Shown: positions 50,971 through 64,000 of the stretch, in pieces
Position numbering within the stretch: the first letter of the stretch is position 1
How the letters are laid out: every line of letters begins with the position of its first letter
Source: the human T2T-CHM13v2.0 reference genome, Homo sapiens
Strand: one strand, 5' to 3'
Assembly (NCBI RefSeq): GCF_009914755.1
Contig: NC_060927.1
Length of the DNA stretch: 64,000 bases
Notes under the pieces: generated by a model
Told to the model about the DNA's origin: nothing
Database searches by the model: none
What the model saw: the letters and a program-made list of their open reading frames with translations, nothing else
Made by a program: the position numbers and the translations under genes

Positions 50971-52804
50971 CAAGGTTTGTTAACTTGCTCTCTTTCGCAT
51001 CACCTGAGTTAAGGAACCTATAGCCAAACTAAATAAAGCCAAAGTACTATAAGCCATAGGTTTAAAAGACATACAAAAAACAAATTAAAGTTAACTGAAA
51101 ATGGAAAGATTCAGCTGCTGGTGACACTTATGACTGTTCAAGTGTCCAGTGATACAGTGGAATGGTGGAAAATCTATTAAGAATTACTTGATAGCATCCT
51201 TTCACAACGCCACTTCCAATAGGACTTTAATTTACATTTTATAAATTATGCAATATTTTATAAAGTAAGTGAAATCTTTTAGTATTCTAAAGTGCAACAC
51301 TGTATTCTTGGCAGCTTAGAGTTTTGAACATATAATTTAACATTCCCTGATTCAGTAATGAGCTTTCCAAAAGGTGAGACCTGCAGAAATGTTGAAATGA
51401 GTTATTCCATCTCCTTGTCAATTTTTTAAAAAGTAATTTTCACATTAAGTACTGTTCACATACAAACCATAATGGGGATGTCTGATATGCCTACAGTAAA
51501 TGCCTAAAGTAAGTTAACATTTAATCAGAAATGTTTGTTTTAATCCTTATAGAGATATTAAAGGTAAACATTCAGATAGCAATTGAAATGGACTCTATTT
51601 GTAAGAAGTGTGTACTTTAAGCCTGGGAGAGGGGAAAGGGTTCCTTGTAAATACCTCATTAAAGCACACTGAGACTCAGTAGGTGGTACTTTTCCAAAGG
51701 AGATCAACCCAGGCCCTTTGGGATTTATATAGGCCTGATATGGGCAACTCTGATATGAACAATATAATTTAATTACTTAAATGGAAGATGACCAGTTCCA
51801 AGAAACATTAAAGTCATTGTTTTGTAGCATTGCAGACTTGTATTAGATCAAATTAATACAGTCAAGTTGTTTTACATAATTGGCACTTAAATATCAGGTG
51901 TTAAATAGAAGGTGTACCCTAATCATTTTTGAGCAGTTCTTCTACATTATTTACATCAGATATTTACAGCCTTGCTTCTGTGATATTTCAGTGCATTTCC
52001 AATAATCTCCAGAGATGCCTGAATAGTCTCAGTCACAATACTTTTCAATTCACCTAAAATGTACCCTATGGCTTTTAAAGCATAATATGAAGTTTGAAAT
52101 AAATGAAACTATATAATAAGGCATCTTCTAAAATTTTGCTCTTTATTGCATAGATACTGAGGGTGGGGGGAAGGCAGGGTTATCAGTTACACTTAGAAAT
52201 CATATTGAACCCAAATTCCATTTTATGTGGATTGAGAATGGAGAGAGAGATGTGGCATTTATATGCCACAAGATAAAGTGCTGGTTTATAGGAAGAAACT
52301 TCTCTTCCCATTTTAATGGTTGAAAGATACTTTATGAATGAGGTGAGGAGAGATTTTAGAATAGATCTACTTAAAATAAAGTAATTATTAAATATAACAG
52401 CATTTTTTAAAACCATGGCAAAGATTAGTCATGACAAGGGATGTCATGACAAAAAGCAGCTAATGGAATGAGAGAGGAAAAGGATATAAAAAGGTAATTA
52501 ATGGCTAGGGACAAAACAATGTTTTTCAAGGCAACTTTGCAAGGGCTTATAGGATTTGGGTGGGGCTTGTATTTCAGTGGGTCATTGAAATGTTAATGGC
52601 TGGACAACACAACAAGCCAAATGGAAAAAGGGTGATCTTAAACTTTGCTTTCTGTTTCACATTAAGTGTTCTGAAAGGCCACTGGACAAATGCCTGATTT
52701 CCCTCTTGATGTAATGATTTTTCACAATTTTCAAAGACGGACTGTTACAGTGTAAAGAGCTAAAGCAGAACATATAACGTGGGAATGATTTAAAAGGTGA
52801 TAGG

Positions 52805-53087
52805 AGCTGCACATGGTGCCTCACACTGTAGTCCCCCCACTTTGTGAGGCCGAGGACAGCGGATCACTTGAGGCCAGGAGTTCCAGACTGGCCTGGCCAA
52901 CATGGTAAAACCTTCATCTCTATCAAAAACACAAAAAAATTAGCCAGGTATGGTGGTGCTTGCCTGTAATCTCAGGTACTTGGAGGCTGAGGCATGAAAA
53001 TCGTTTGAACCCAGAAAGCAGAAGTTGCAGTGAGCCAAGATCCCACCACTGTACTCCAGCGTGGGTGACAGAGCCAGACCCTGTCTC
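52805..53087 (+). mobile_element. Diverged Alu whose tail is a tetranucleotide repeat
   Basis: Alu dimer ending gaccctgtctc. Confidence 0.9.

Positions 53088-53143
<56 letters not shown>
53088..53143. repeat. Perfect (TAGA)14 STR
   Basis: Counted directly. Confidence 0.95.
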
Positions 53144-53294
53144 GGTGGGAAGTGAGGAGCAGCAAAGCCAATCTGATGTTAGCCCATCTTCTAATTGATG
53201 CTCTTTTCTCTTTTTTCCTTTCCAAACATCCAGGCATCTAGCTCTGTCCCAGACTCTTTTCCTACAGCTTCGAAAAGCAGCGTATTGGGTTAAA

Positions 53295-53307
53295 ACACAC
53301 ACACATG

Positions 53308-53353
<46 letters not shown>
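53295..53353. repeat. Interrupted (CA)n microsatellite
   Basis: Seen directly. Confidence 0.95.
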
Positions 53354-53355
<2 letters not shown>

Positions 53356-54822
53356 AGCAAGACTTCTTTTCAAGGCTCCTTCATCCTCTCTCTGCCATCA
53401 GGATGTGGTCTGAACCCTATCATAAAAAGAGAAGTCATAGTTAATGAGGAAGTGGGAACGCGACAGAGATGAAGCAGGAATCATAGTGGCAGAAAAACAG
53501 AAAAGGACATTTCTTTCCTTAATAAATATTTATTGCAAGTGTCGGCCAATTACCTTTTAAAGATGATTATACACATCCTATGGCTTTCATCTTTCTCATG
53601 TCACAGGTTATTCGAGTTGGGAAAAGTACATGTGACAAGTAAGTGTTGACTTAAATGCAAATTGCCTTTGCTAACCTTGCCTTTACATTAAAAAAAAAAG
53701 TTTGGAAATTTATTAACTTCTTCATTGATTCCTGCTTTTTACAAAATCAAATATTTAATATCAGTTGTAAATAGAAAACAGTTTGTTAGGCCTTTGTGTG
53801 GCTACTTTTGCCCTTCCCTTTGCCTTCCAGAAATCTGTGTGTTCACTGAAGTCAGAAGAAGAGCAATACCTTTTTTGGTTTGCTTTTTTTTTTCTCCCCC
53901 CATCTCCTTTCTGTTTACAATGGGACACTGAAAGAATAAACTCCTATTCCAAATTCATGTGTTTGGCTTACACATATCTTAGGAGGGGTCCCATTATATG
54001 ATCCTAAGACAGCATTTAAAGCAGGGATGTGATGGGGCAGAAAAAAGATAAAGGAAGAGTAGGAGGGAGAAAAGGTCTAATAACAAAATTGATGATTTCA
54101 AAAAGCCCATGATTAAAAGCTAATTTGTTTCCAGGTTTTCTTCCACAGAGAAATTTCAAGTGTCTACTCTATTGTGTAGAAAAATATAACCTACACCAGG
54201 ATTGAGAATATTTGCTATGTTTACCTAAGAAATCGTTTAACCAACAAAATATTTTGTCTTTATTTAAGATTTTCAACATCTAAAGAAAAACACCAGTAAT
54301 CAGATAGATGCAAACTTATGTTTTCCAGAAAGTTCTGAGCTTTGCTTTCTCCCTCTTGCTCCTACCTTTTCAATGGCTTTTCCTCTCCAATCAGTGTCCT
54401 TACAGATTTCCTTAGCCCTGCAGGTAAGAGCTAGGCAGTTTAGTGATGCTCTATTGGTTTGAAAAGAGAAGCAGTCCTTCCTGGCTAGACAGCAAAGGGG
54501 AGAATTATGTGAGGAGGCAGCCACATTAAGAGATACTGAAATGCCCAGAGACTAGAAACAAAGGAATAATTACCAGGGATGTTTAACATCTTTAAAACAT
54601 GAGATTACTGTAAATATTTAATAACAATGCTTTTGGGTTAGCTAGAAAGTTATAAAAGTATTTTGGAGTTGAGAAGGAATATAGACAGTTGCTTGTCTTC
54701 ATTTTATAGGACAGCCTCACAGCTGCAAGCAAATCCTAAGAAATGCCAAAAATTACCTTTTGATGAGATTGTCATAAAGCTAATAAGACTTAAGCTTCCA
54801 AGCTCTCCCTTTGCACAGACCC

Positions 54823-55182
54823 TGATATGATTTGGCTCTGTGTCCCCACCTAAATCTCACCTTGAATTGTAATAATCCCCATGTGTCACGGGAGGGACCT
54901 GGTGGGAGGTAACTGAATCACGTGGGTGATTTTTTTCCATGCTATTCTCATTATAGTGAATAAGTCTCAAGAGATCTGATGGTTTTATAAAGGGAAGTTC
55001 CCCCACACATGCCCTCTTGCCTATCGTCATGTAAGACGTGACTTTGCTCCTCTTTTGCCTTTCACCGTGATTGTGAGGCCTCCCCAGCCATGTGGAACTG
55101 TGAGTTAATTAAACCTCTTTCCTTTATACATTACCTAGTCTTGGGTATGCCTTTACTAGCAGCATGGGAACAGACTAATACA
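54823..55182 (+). mobile_element. THE1 solo LTR (MaLR)
   Basis: tgatatgattttggctctgtgtccccacc...cagactaataca; perfect 5-bp TSD gaccc. Confidence 0.95.
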
Positions 55183-55429
55183 GACCCCAATGAATGCTGG
55201 GTGTTGTATGGTATTATCAAGTAAGTGAAGAGGAGCAGGGAGCCCAAGTTGCAAAGAGGAAGTATTTCTCAATGAGTTTTTTGGGGAAAATGTCTAGAAA
55301 TTTCAGAAATAGGAGATAAGAATCTCCAAGCCTGAAGTGATTGGTGGTTATTTGATTTCTAATTCAAAATAAATATTATTCCCTTTTATAAATAATTTTG
55401 TATTTAATTTTGTATTCTTAAGAGCTCAA

Positions 55430-55768
<339 letters not shown>

Positions 55769-55769
55769 T

Positions 55770-56344
55770 AAAAATTATTTTAAATATTTTTTTTGTGGGT
55801 ACATGGTACATGTATGCATAGTGTACATGAGATGTTTGGATACAGGTATGCAATGTGAAATAAGCACATCATGGAGAACGGAGTATCCAGCCCCTCAAGC
55901 ATTTATCTTTTGGGTTACAAACAATCCAATTACATTCTTTAAGTTATTTTAAAATATATTATTATTATTATTGACTATAGTCACCCTATTGTGGTATCAA
56001 ATAGGTCTTATTCATTCTTTCTAAATTTTTTGCACACATTAATCATTCTCATCTTCCCCCAGCGCCCCCACCACTACACTTCCCAGCCTCTCGTAACCAT
56101 CCTTCTATTCTCTATGTCCATAAGTTCAATTGATTTGATTTTTAGATTCCACAAATAAGTGAGAACATGTGATGTTTGTCTTTCTGTGCCTGGCTTATTT
56201 CACTTAACATAATGATCTTCAGGTCTTTCCATGTTGTTGCAAATGACTGGATCTCATTCTTTTTTACGGCTGAGTAGGAAAAAATCTAATAACCCAATCA
56301 AAAAAGGCAAAAGATTTGTATAGACATTTCTCAAAAGAAGACAT
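55770..56344 (-). mobile_element. L1MA 3' end with an inverted 5' segment
   Basis: Antisense L1MA 3'UTR to about 56278, then sense-orientation L1 ORF2 sequence (aaaatctaataacccaat...agacatttctcaaaagaagacat). Confidence 0.8.
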
Positions 56345-56443
56345 CCCCCCAATTTTCCAAATCTTAGGACCCACAAAATCTGGATCATCTCTGCAAGCGT
56401 TATAAGAGTTAATTCTCCTCTATGATTTTAAACTGATTTAAGA

Positions 56444-56951
56444 TGTGAGAAAGAAAAGTGACTTGGAGCAGTCTGAAGAATGTGAGGTCTGCAAAATTTA
56501 TCAGGCCCAGAGAAACAGGAGCTTGAGGATTCAGTCACATCCTTTGCAACCATGCCCAGGGGTAATTGCTGAAAGGTATTTTGTTTTTACTTTCTTTCCT
56601 GTAGTTTCCAGACTAGCTGATAAATTTCTTCAAATGTTACTACAAGTTACACAATGTGACCCTCAACCACTATCTTCAAGTTCCTGAAATTTATAATATA
56701 AGAAACAATATATAGCCAATCAATAGCTGATGTTATTTTAATGAACCAATATAAACTTCTGGTAAACAGCTTAGAAACTATCCCCTAACTTCTTTTTTTC
56801 TCTTTAAAAACCCACTTGTAACTGCTGCTAATTGGTGCATATATTCAGGGCAATTTGAATTGGTGACTCCTGAGCTGCAGTTCTAAACCTGGGCCCAAAT
56901 AAACTCTCTACTTATATTAATTTTGCCTTAGTTTCTTCCTATAGGTTGACA
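56444..56951 (+). mobile_element. Solo LTR of about 510 bp (family not resolved)
   Basis: TG...CA ends; CCAAT; TA-rich promoter-like region; aataaa at about 56898; typical tail ttccttataggttgaca. Confidence 0.75.
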
Positions 56952-58379
56952 AATGCATTACTTTTGGTGGTTGCTTAAAGTATTGTAGCTTTATCCATTT
57001 AAGTGAAAGAATTATATTTGTTAAGAAATAGAAATATATGGTCATGGAGTAAAAAAATTATTGGAGTTGATGAGATGTTTCTTTACTACCACATGGTGGC
57101 AGTATCCCTAAAATCCTGAGTGTAAATAAATGTTTTCCCTTGCTTCAAGTGCAAAAACAATGTTTACAAAAGGGAGTGGGGGAGGGGAGCTCTTGAACAT
57201 ATAAAATTGTATTTTGTTTGGCTTGTTTATATTGTGACAGTCCTTTATTAAATCAGCCATGAATTTGATGGAATAAAATACCGTTTTGTTTTTTCACTTT
57301 TCAGATAATACATATGGTCTTTTAATTCTGTATCTGGATGTCTTTAATAGTAATTAAAATAAAATCTTAGGCAATGAGAAATACTATGTTTCATATGCTC
57401 ATCGCTTCTCACACTTGAGGGAGATGTGGGCAGGAGCAGCGATGTCCTATGTTTCTAGGGCTCTGCATATTCCTCAGTGCTTCATACTTTTAAAGAAAAC
57501 ATTAAAAAATACCAAACATTATCATTAATTGGATTATTGCTGAGATCATAAGGGATTCTTTATCTATTGAAAGAGCTGGGATTGTGTTATTACTTAGATA
57601 GATTTAAGATATGCTAATTGTCCTCATTATAATAAAATTTGGGAGTAAAAAGAAATCGTTGCAGGCTTTTGTCAGTGTGCTGATGATCTGTCTCCTGTTT
57701 TGTAGCCAACTGGACACCGTTGTGGAGATTTTACATAGGTTCACTAGATTTTCTTGAGTAGAAAAGAAACCCACAGTCTCTCTGTGTACTAAACAGACCG
57801 TTGGCAATATCTAAACAGCTGTTGGCTGTATGATACATATTTGGCTAAAAACAAACCCATCTGTATTTAATGCATTATTGCCAAAGTATACTAACATGCT
57901 GTTTCCAGTCTGAAAACACTGGTACCCTCATGTGAGACGATCAAATTGAAAATCTCGCAACATGGCTCTTGCACTTCTTGGCTATGCAAACAGAAATCCT
58001 AGGAGTGTGCCAGCGGATGGCAGAACCTGTTTCCAGAGGTTTCAGTTGGGAGGTGAAGGGGAAGGCAGTGGATAGACACAGACTAGATCACCCTTTCCCT
58101 TGATAAATTCTTTAATTATTTTATCCTGCCTTTCAAAATAATTCCTTAGTATCTATTACCTCTTATGTACTTTTGTATAATCTTTATTTTTGCTGATTAA
58201 AAAATTATATTTAATATGAGAAAAATTAGAAAATACAAAGAAAAATGGAATAAAAAGGTCACCCTTTATTCTACCACACAGTTTACATAGATATGCCACT
58301 TCTGAGTAAAGTTATTAATTAATGACCCAGGTAATTAACATGAATCAATCAATCCATTTACTAGGATCACTGGGCCTGC

Positions 58380-58510
58380 ATAACAAGTGACAAAATAGAC
58401 TAAGAGAGGTCAGACAACTTGCTGAATTTGCTTATCTCTTAAGTGCTTAATCAAGGATTCGAACCCAGATTTGTCTTTCTTAGAGCTGGGGCTTTAGCCA
58501 CCACAGCACA
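58380..58510 (-). mobile_element. MIR fragment
   Basis: agagaggtcagacaacttgc...ggattcgaacccagatttgtct...tttagccacca. Confidence 0.65.
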
Positions 58511-60984
58511 TCACTTCACATTAAGAAAATAATACCATTCACAAAATATGTCCCCAGAGGTCAATGGGATATAGACAACTGTTTTTATGATAATTTAAGA
58601 TGCAGTTGAGACTTTGAAAGCTAGATTATATAATAATTACAACTGTAAACAACAGCTTAGTTTGTCCATGAGTGAAATAATCACAAATGTGCTAAAATGT
58701 GTCTATAAACAGTGAGATATGGGATTTCCTAGTATTTATCATTTAAATAAAACATGTGTTAGCTAATGAATTTTTTAAGTTAATTAGTGTAATGGAATTT
58801 TCCTCTAAATACTAGCACTTATTTTATTTGACAAAACACTGAACAATTTGGGAAGATTCTTGTAGTTTTTCATGATTTGAATAATGCATAGCTTTTGCTC
58901 ATTATAGGCAAATGTTCAAATCAACCTCAAAGAACGCTTCACCTGGAAAGCTCTAACTAAATGAGCATTTTTCTCTGCCTACCACTAGCACCAGCTCCCG
59001 TAGTAAATAGTCAACAGCTGGAGTGGTAACAGGGAAATCTCAGTGCAACTAATGAGATCCCCATATTTCACAGCTCAGAGGCTGTAAAATATCTTTTTTT
59101 AAGAAAAAAGGGTAATTACAAAAATCTCACTTCTTTGTTTGAGTGTAAACCGAAAGAACTGTTACTTTTAAAGGAATGAACTCTCTGTACTAATAATCAA
59201 ATTCATAAAACTATACAATGTAAATGAGGATAATTTATAAAGTGATTGGTTTTGCAATACACAATGTCACAATCCCATCCAAACAACTAAGATGTGTCTG
59301 GAGTATAATTAAATCTAACAATAAATATTTTTAAAACATTATTTTTCCCTACTTCTCAAGTGAAATAAAGAAGTGCTGGCAACATTATGGAAATGTTCAA
59401 CTAAATGCTGCAACGCTTCATGATACGGAGAATATATTAGTCCCAATACACTACAACATCCTTGAATATACATTTTTAAGCATGTTGACAAAATGCCACT
59501 TCCCCAGGAATCCATTTTAAATAATTCAAATTAACTCTGAAAAAATGTTTGCTGAGGCTTTTGTTTGATTCAAGTTTCTCTTCTGCCCCCAGCCTGTGTT
59601 TGGTTTTGCTAAAAAATATTTAGAATAAATAGAGCAAGCACCTCTCTGATATACCACTACTAAAATTCCTAAAATTCTAGAACAATTAGAGTTGGGGCCA
59701 AACACAAAGTCATAATATTCCTATATTAGAGAAGAATTTCAGTATTCAGGAGAGAAGACAGAAAAAAAAAAAAGAGAGAAATGAAAGAAAGACATGAGTG
59801 AACCAGAAAGTCAACAACAGTCAGTGAGTTAGAGAGAATTGAAATGCCACACATCTAGAAAGGTAGGCACAAAGATAAAAAGAAAACAAAAGAGAAGTGT
59901 TAATGCTTCAGTGATAGGGAAAGAATGAGGAGAGAATAAGGATGGATTCTAGGAAAGACATCCCTCAAACTCATTTAGTGCTCAAAGCAATCATGTAAAA
60001 TAATTGTTGACCTTCATGGTGTAGCCTTGTGAAAAGAAGAGGGCGAATGAGTATGATTCGGACTGAGTGCTTATTAATTGCGTGGCCTTGACAATTAATC
60101 TCAGAAAGTTTACTTTAAAGGTAAAATGGGAATTTTTGAGCCTTAAACTATATGAGCTGGCATATACAGCAATATCTAACGTATTATATGACTTTTAGAT
60201 TGGTAGATATTTGATTAGTGATAAGTTAGGTTTCACTTTAAAGATTAAACGCTGGGCTTCAAAAAGATTCCAGGGAACTCAGCTTGGAAACAACCCCTTT
60301 GTTTGTTTTTAAATGTCTGTAATGCACCTAGCACCATCCTAGCTTATTGTAGGTTCTCAGTAATTGGTTGCTACTTTACACTTCATGGTTTGCCAAGAGC
60401 CCTGTCTTTTCTCACCCTGTCTTCTCTCACGCATCATCTGATGAGACCTAAAAAAAGTTGTTATGAAAACATATTCTTTAATACAGCATAAAGAGTTCAA
60501 TTTGCAAAAACTTAAGGTGGCCCTCTTCACAACTTCTAAATAGTTAAGGGCTTTGTTCCTTTTAAGACCTAAAGCTCTAACTACTTTCCCTCTACCCTGC
60601 TTCTTTCATTGCTTCATTCCATCAAACACTGTCTTGTACAACTCCACATTCACTTTCTACAATGCGAAAGGGAAGTACACTTGTCTTCTTTCTGTGCTTG
60701 CTCCCTTTCTTAAACAAACAAGAGCTGGTCACACAGAAAAACCCAAAGTAACAAAAGCAAATCCATTTTTGACTCAGATATCCCTTGACTACTATCCTTG
60801 TCTCACTCTTTTCAGAATTTCAGAAAAGAACCAAATATTTAGTGACTCCAGGTACTCATCACTCATTACTCACTCTTTCTTAATTTCTCGATAACTGCCC
60901 CACTCCTAGTTATTACCCAGAAACTGCTTTTCCCAAGGTTTACAGCAATCATCTCATCAATTATCTTATCACACAGGCAAATAG

Positions 60985-61200
60985 ATTGGTGATGGTTAGA
61001 TAACTCTGTCAATATACTCAAAACCACCGAATTGTGTACCAATTGTGAATTACATGGTATGTGAATTATATCTCAATAAATCATATACATACATATACAT
61101 AAATATGTATACACATAAGTACATGTGTTTGTGTATATGTATGTGTGTATATATTAATAATTTTGTATTTTTATATATTATATTATATAAGCATATATAT
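60985..61200 (+). mobile_element. Short old L1 3' end with a TA-rich tail, between L2 fragments
   Basis: gtgaattacatggtatgtgaattatatctcaataaa followed by TA-rich low complexity. Confidence 0.7.
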
Positions 61201-61839
61201 GAGAGAGATCAAACGGATCTTCAAACAAATGAATTTTCTTATCCATTTCTCCTTGACCTGGCTGCTGTTTTCGGCTTGTCCTTCATCCCTCCCATGTTTG
61301 AATCCCTCCTCTCTGGGCTTCTGTTTTGCTGACTCTTCTAGATCTCCTCCTACTACTCTGATTCTTTCCACCTCATCTCAGTCATTGACTCTTCTTCCTT
61401 CTTCTCTCCACTGAACTTGGAGGCTTAAACGATGAGCTGTATATTTTCCCTTTACAGTGTATTTCCTCAGTTACCTGCTTTTTCTTATCACTTCAACTAT
61501 CATTTCTCTTTTGATTAAATCTAGGTACATACCTGCTACCCTGATCTCACTCCTAACACTGCAACTTGAATCTTTGCTGGCTATCTTTGCCTGGACATCC
61601 CTATTCAAAAGTAAGTTTGGCTTCTATGTATCAGGTGCTTATTCTATATTACTTGTCTTTCTTTAAATCATTCAGGGGAAGCTGATTATGAACCAAGATT
61701 TGGGAGGGTAGTGGATCTGCTAGCATTGCAGTCCTAGGACTGAAAAGAGGTAGGCTTTTGAGAGTAAACACAATGGCTTAGGCAACAAATGGTATATTAG
61801 GTCATATTAGCCATGTTACTCAGCCTATCAAGTTATTTG

Positions 61840-62445
61840 CTTTTCTCTTTCTCAGCACAGCTCATACTCTCTACTTCCTCACCTCTAATTCACTCCTCAG
61901 CTCACTGAAATCTGACTTTCATTCCCATCACTTCCCTGAAACTACTTTGGCAAAGATCATTAAGATGACCTCATTGCATATCCCCTGGACAGTTTACTCC
62001 TTGTCTTACCAGAAATTGCTTTCATCACTCAAACTCCTTTTAGAAATACGATGTTCCTTTGCTTTCCATGAAGCAAACACACTGGGTTCTTGTCCCACCC
62101 TTTATCTTGCCTCACTTTTCTTCACTGGTTCCTCTTCTATCTCCACTTTAAAACTGGCAGTGAGCATTTATCTAGGGTTTTTCTTTGAACTTCCCTTTAA
62201 TCTGCATGATTTCTAGTGGGCAGCCTATCTTTAACTTCCATTTACATGCAGGGGAATGTCTTTTCTATCTTGAGCACCGATCCCCTCTTGAGCGCAGACC
62301 ACTGAATTCAACCACCAGCTAGACATAGTCACCTGAGCAACTCAAACCCCAGTGTCCCTAACTGAGCTCTTTATCTGCACCCATTTCCAGCCAACGTTCT
62401 CTTCCTCCTCTTGTCCAGTAATATTTGTCAAATAAATAAAAGAGG
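61840..62445 (+). mobile_element. L2 LINE fragment
   Basis: aatctgactttcattcccatcacttccctgaaactactttggcaaagatca...caactcaaacccc...aactgagctc. Confidence 0.65.
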
Positions 62446-62928
62446 AAAACAAAGGGGGAACATAGGAAGATGAGAAGGCAGAAAGGTAGAAACTGTGTAT
62501 TTAGAGAGTAAAATATTCACATCCATTAAACTATTATACAATACTTACTGATGGTCATGAAAAACTGTGATTTAAGAAAATGGTTTAATTCTTATTTAAG
62601 GAAAACTCCCTCCCGTCCCATTGACTTTCCCTATCAAGTGCCCCCTTAAATTCGTTATACTTTAAAGAATGTCATTGTAACCTCTCTGTCTAATCCACCC
62701 TAATCAGGGATCCAACTGCACAGTCTAGTCCTCGAGAATAACTAAGACATCTTCAGAGATTTCAGGCTTGTTTTTGACAGAAAGACCACAAAGATTCAGA
62801 GTCAGCCACACTAGTATTTATTTTATATATTAAACACATCCAGAGCACTAACCATGTAGGTGGTATTTTCTAAGCTTTCCACATGCATCAAATCATGGGA
62901 TTTTATAATCTACGACTCTATGATGTAG

Positions 62929-63253
<325 letters not shown>

Positions 63254-64000
63254 AGATGCTATATCTTTATCCCCTTTTCTTTATACCCCACAGCTGGGGT
63301 AACTGAGGCACAAGGAAGCTACAAAAATTCATGCCCAAAGTCACGTATATAAAGAAGATGTCTGAGACTAAATTTAAACTCAGGCAGTCTGGTTCCAGAA
63401 CCTATGCCTATAACTACTAGATTGCTCCGTTTCTCTGTTTCCAAGGTGGGTGAATAAGTGAACGAACATTTAGTGTGATTTCATGGGTACTAGGAAGGCT
63501 CAATTTCCTTGAATAGGCCCTCCTATCATCTATTTGCTGATGCCTAAAATTTCAGGTCAGAGCCTAACTCCTTTAGTGAAACAGAGTGATCTCTATTCAA
63601 ATGCAAATTAAACTTTATCTGTCCTTTATACGTTAGTACAAACTGATTTATCAAGACATTTCGTGACAGCAGATTTTGATCATGGGAATGTCCAAGGGGA
63701 CACTAAAACGACTCAGATTATAAAATAAAGTAGGATTCTTAGCGGAGGAAAAAGGGTAGGGGGAAAGGATATTGAGGTTGTGACTGACTACTTAGGCTTG
63801 CCTAAATTGGCTATGTATGTTTAGGGGACATTTCTGTGTGTGTGTTTGTTTGGGGAAGGAGTGTAGGTACAGACACTTCTTTTGTTTTTTTGGTGTACTG
63901 GGGGTTTCAATATTTTCATTCGAGTAGGAAGATCAAAATAGACCTAAATTTGCTATAGAACAGAAAAAGTACAGAGGTTCCAACCTATGGAATATAACCT

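Noticed and set aside
57640-58080. Repeat-free stretch with an E-box and a few CpGs, possibly a conserved element (similar impression at about 2900-3230 and 16700-17300)
   Set aside because: Cannot be supported without conservation or chromatin data.

Overview
Primate genomic DNA, hominoid because an SVA is present and most likely human. It is AT-rich, repeat-dense and reads like a very long intron. No intact protein-coding gene is supported, and the ORF track is essentially repeat or low-complexity noise. Main features: (1) a minus-strand polypyrimidine-CAG|GTAAGT site at 7263/7262 with downstream donors, the architecture of a recursive splice site with its RS-exon; (2) a two-LTR MER41A-type provirus (23383-32205) with an Alu in each LTR and a full-length processed PTMA (prothymosin alpha) pseudogene in its leader, whose nonsense mutation leaves a thymosin-alpha-1-like micro-ORF; (3) an SVA inserted in an L1PB poly(A) tail; (4) many Alu, L1, L2, MIR, CR1, MaLR and hAT relics, often nested. 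From memory, a PTMA pseudogene about 17 kb from a minus-strand 145-nt exon fits the giant 5' intron region of LSAMP (3q13.3, PTMAP8). This placement is an unverified inference and needs BLAT. Repeat subfamily names come from recalled consensus features, and the boundaries of old repeats are approximate.
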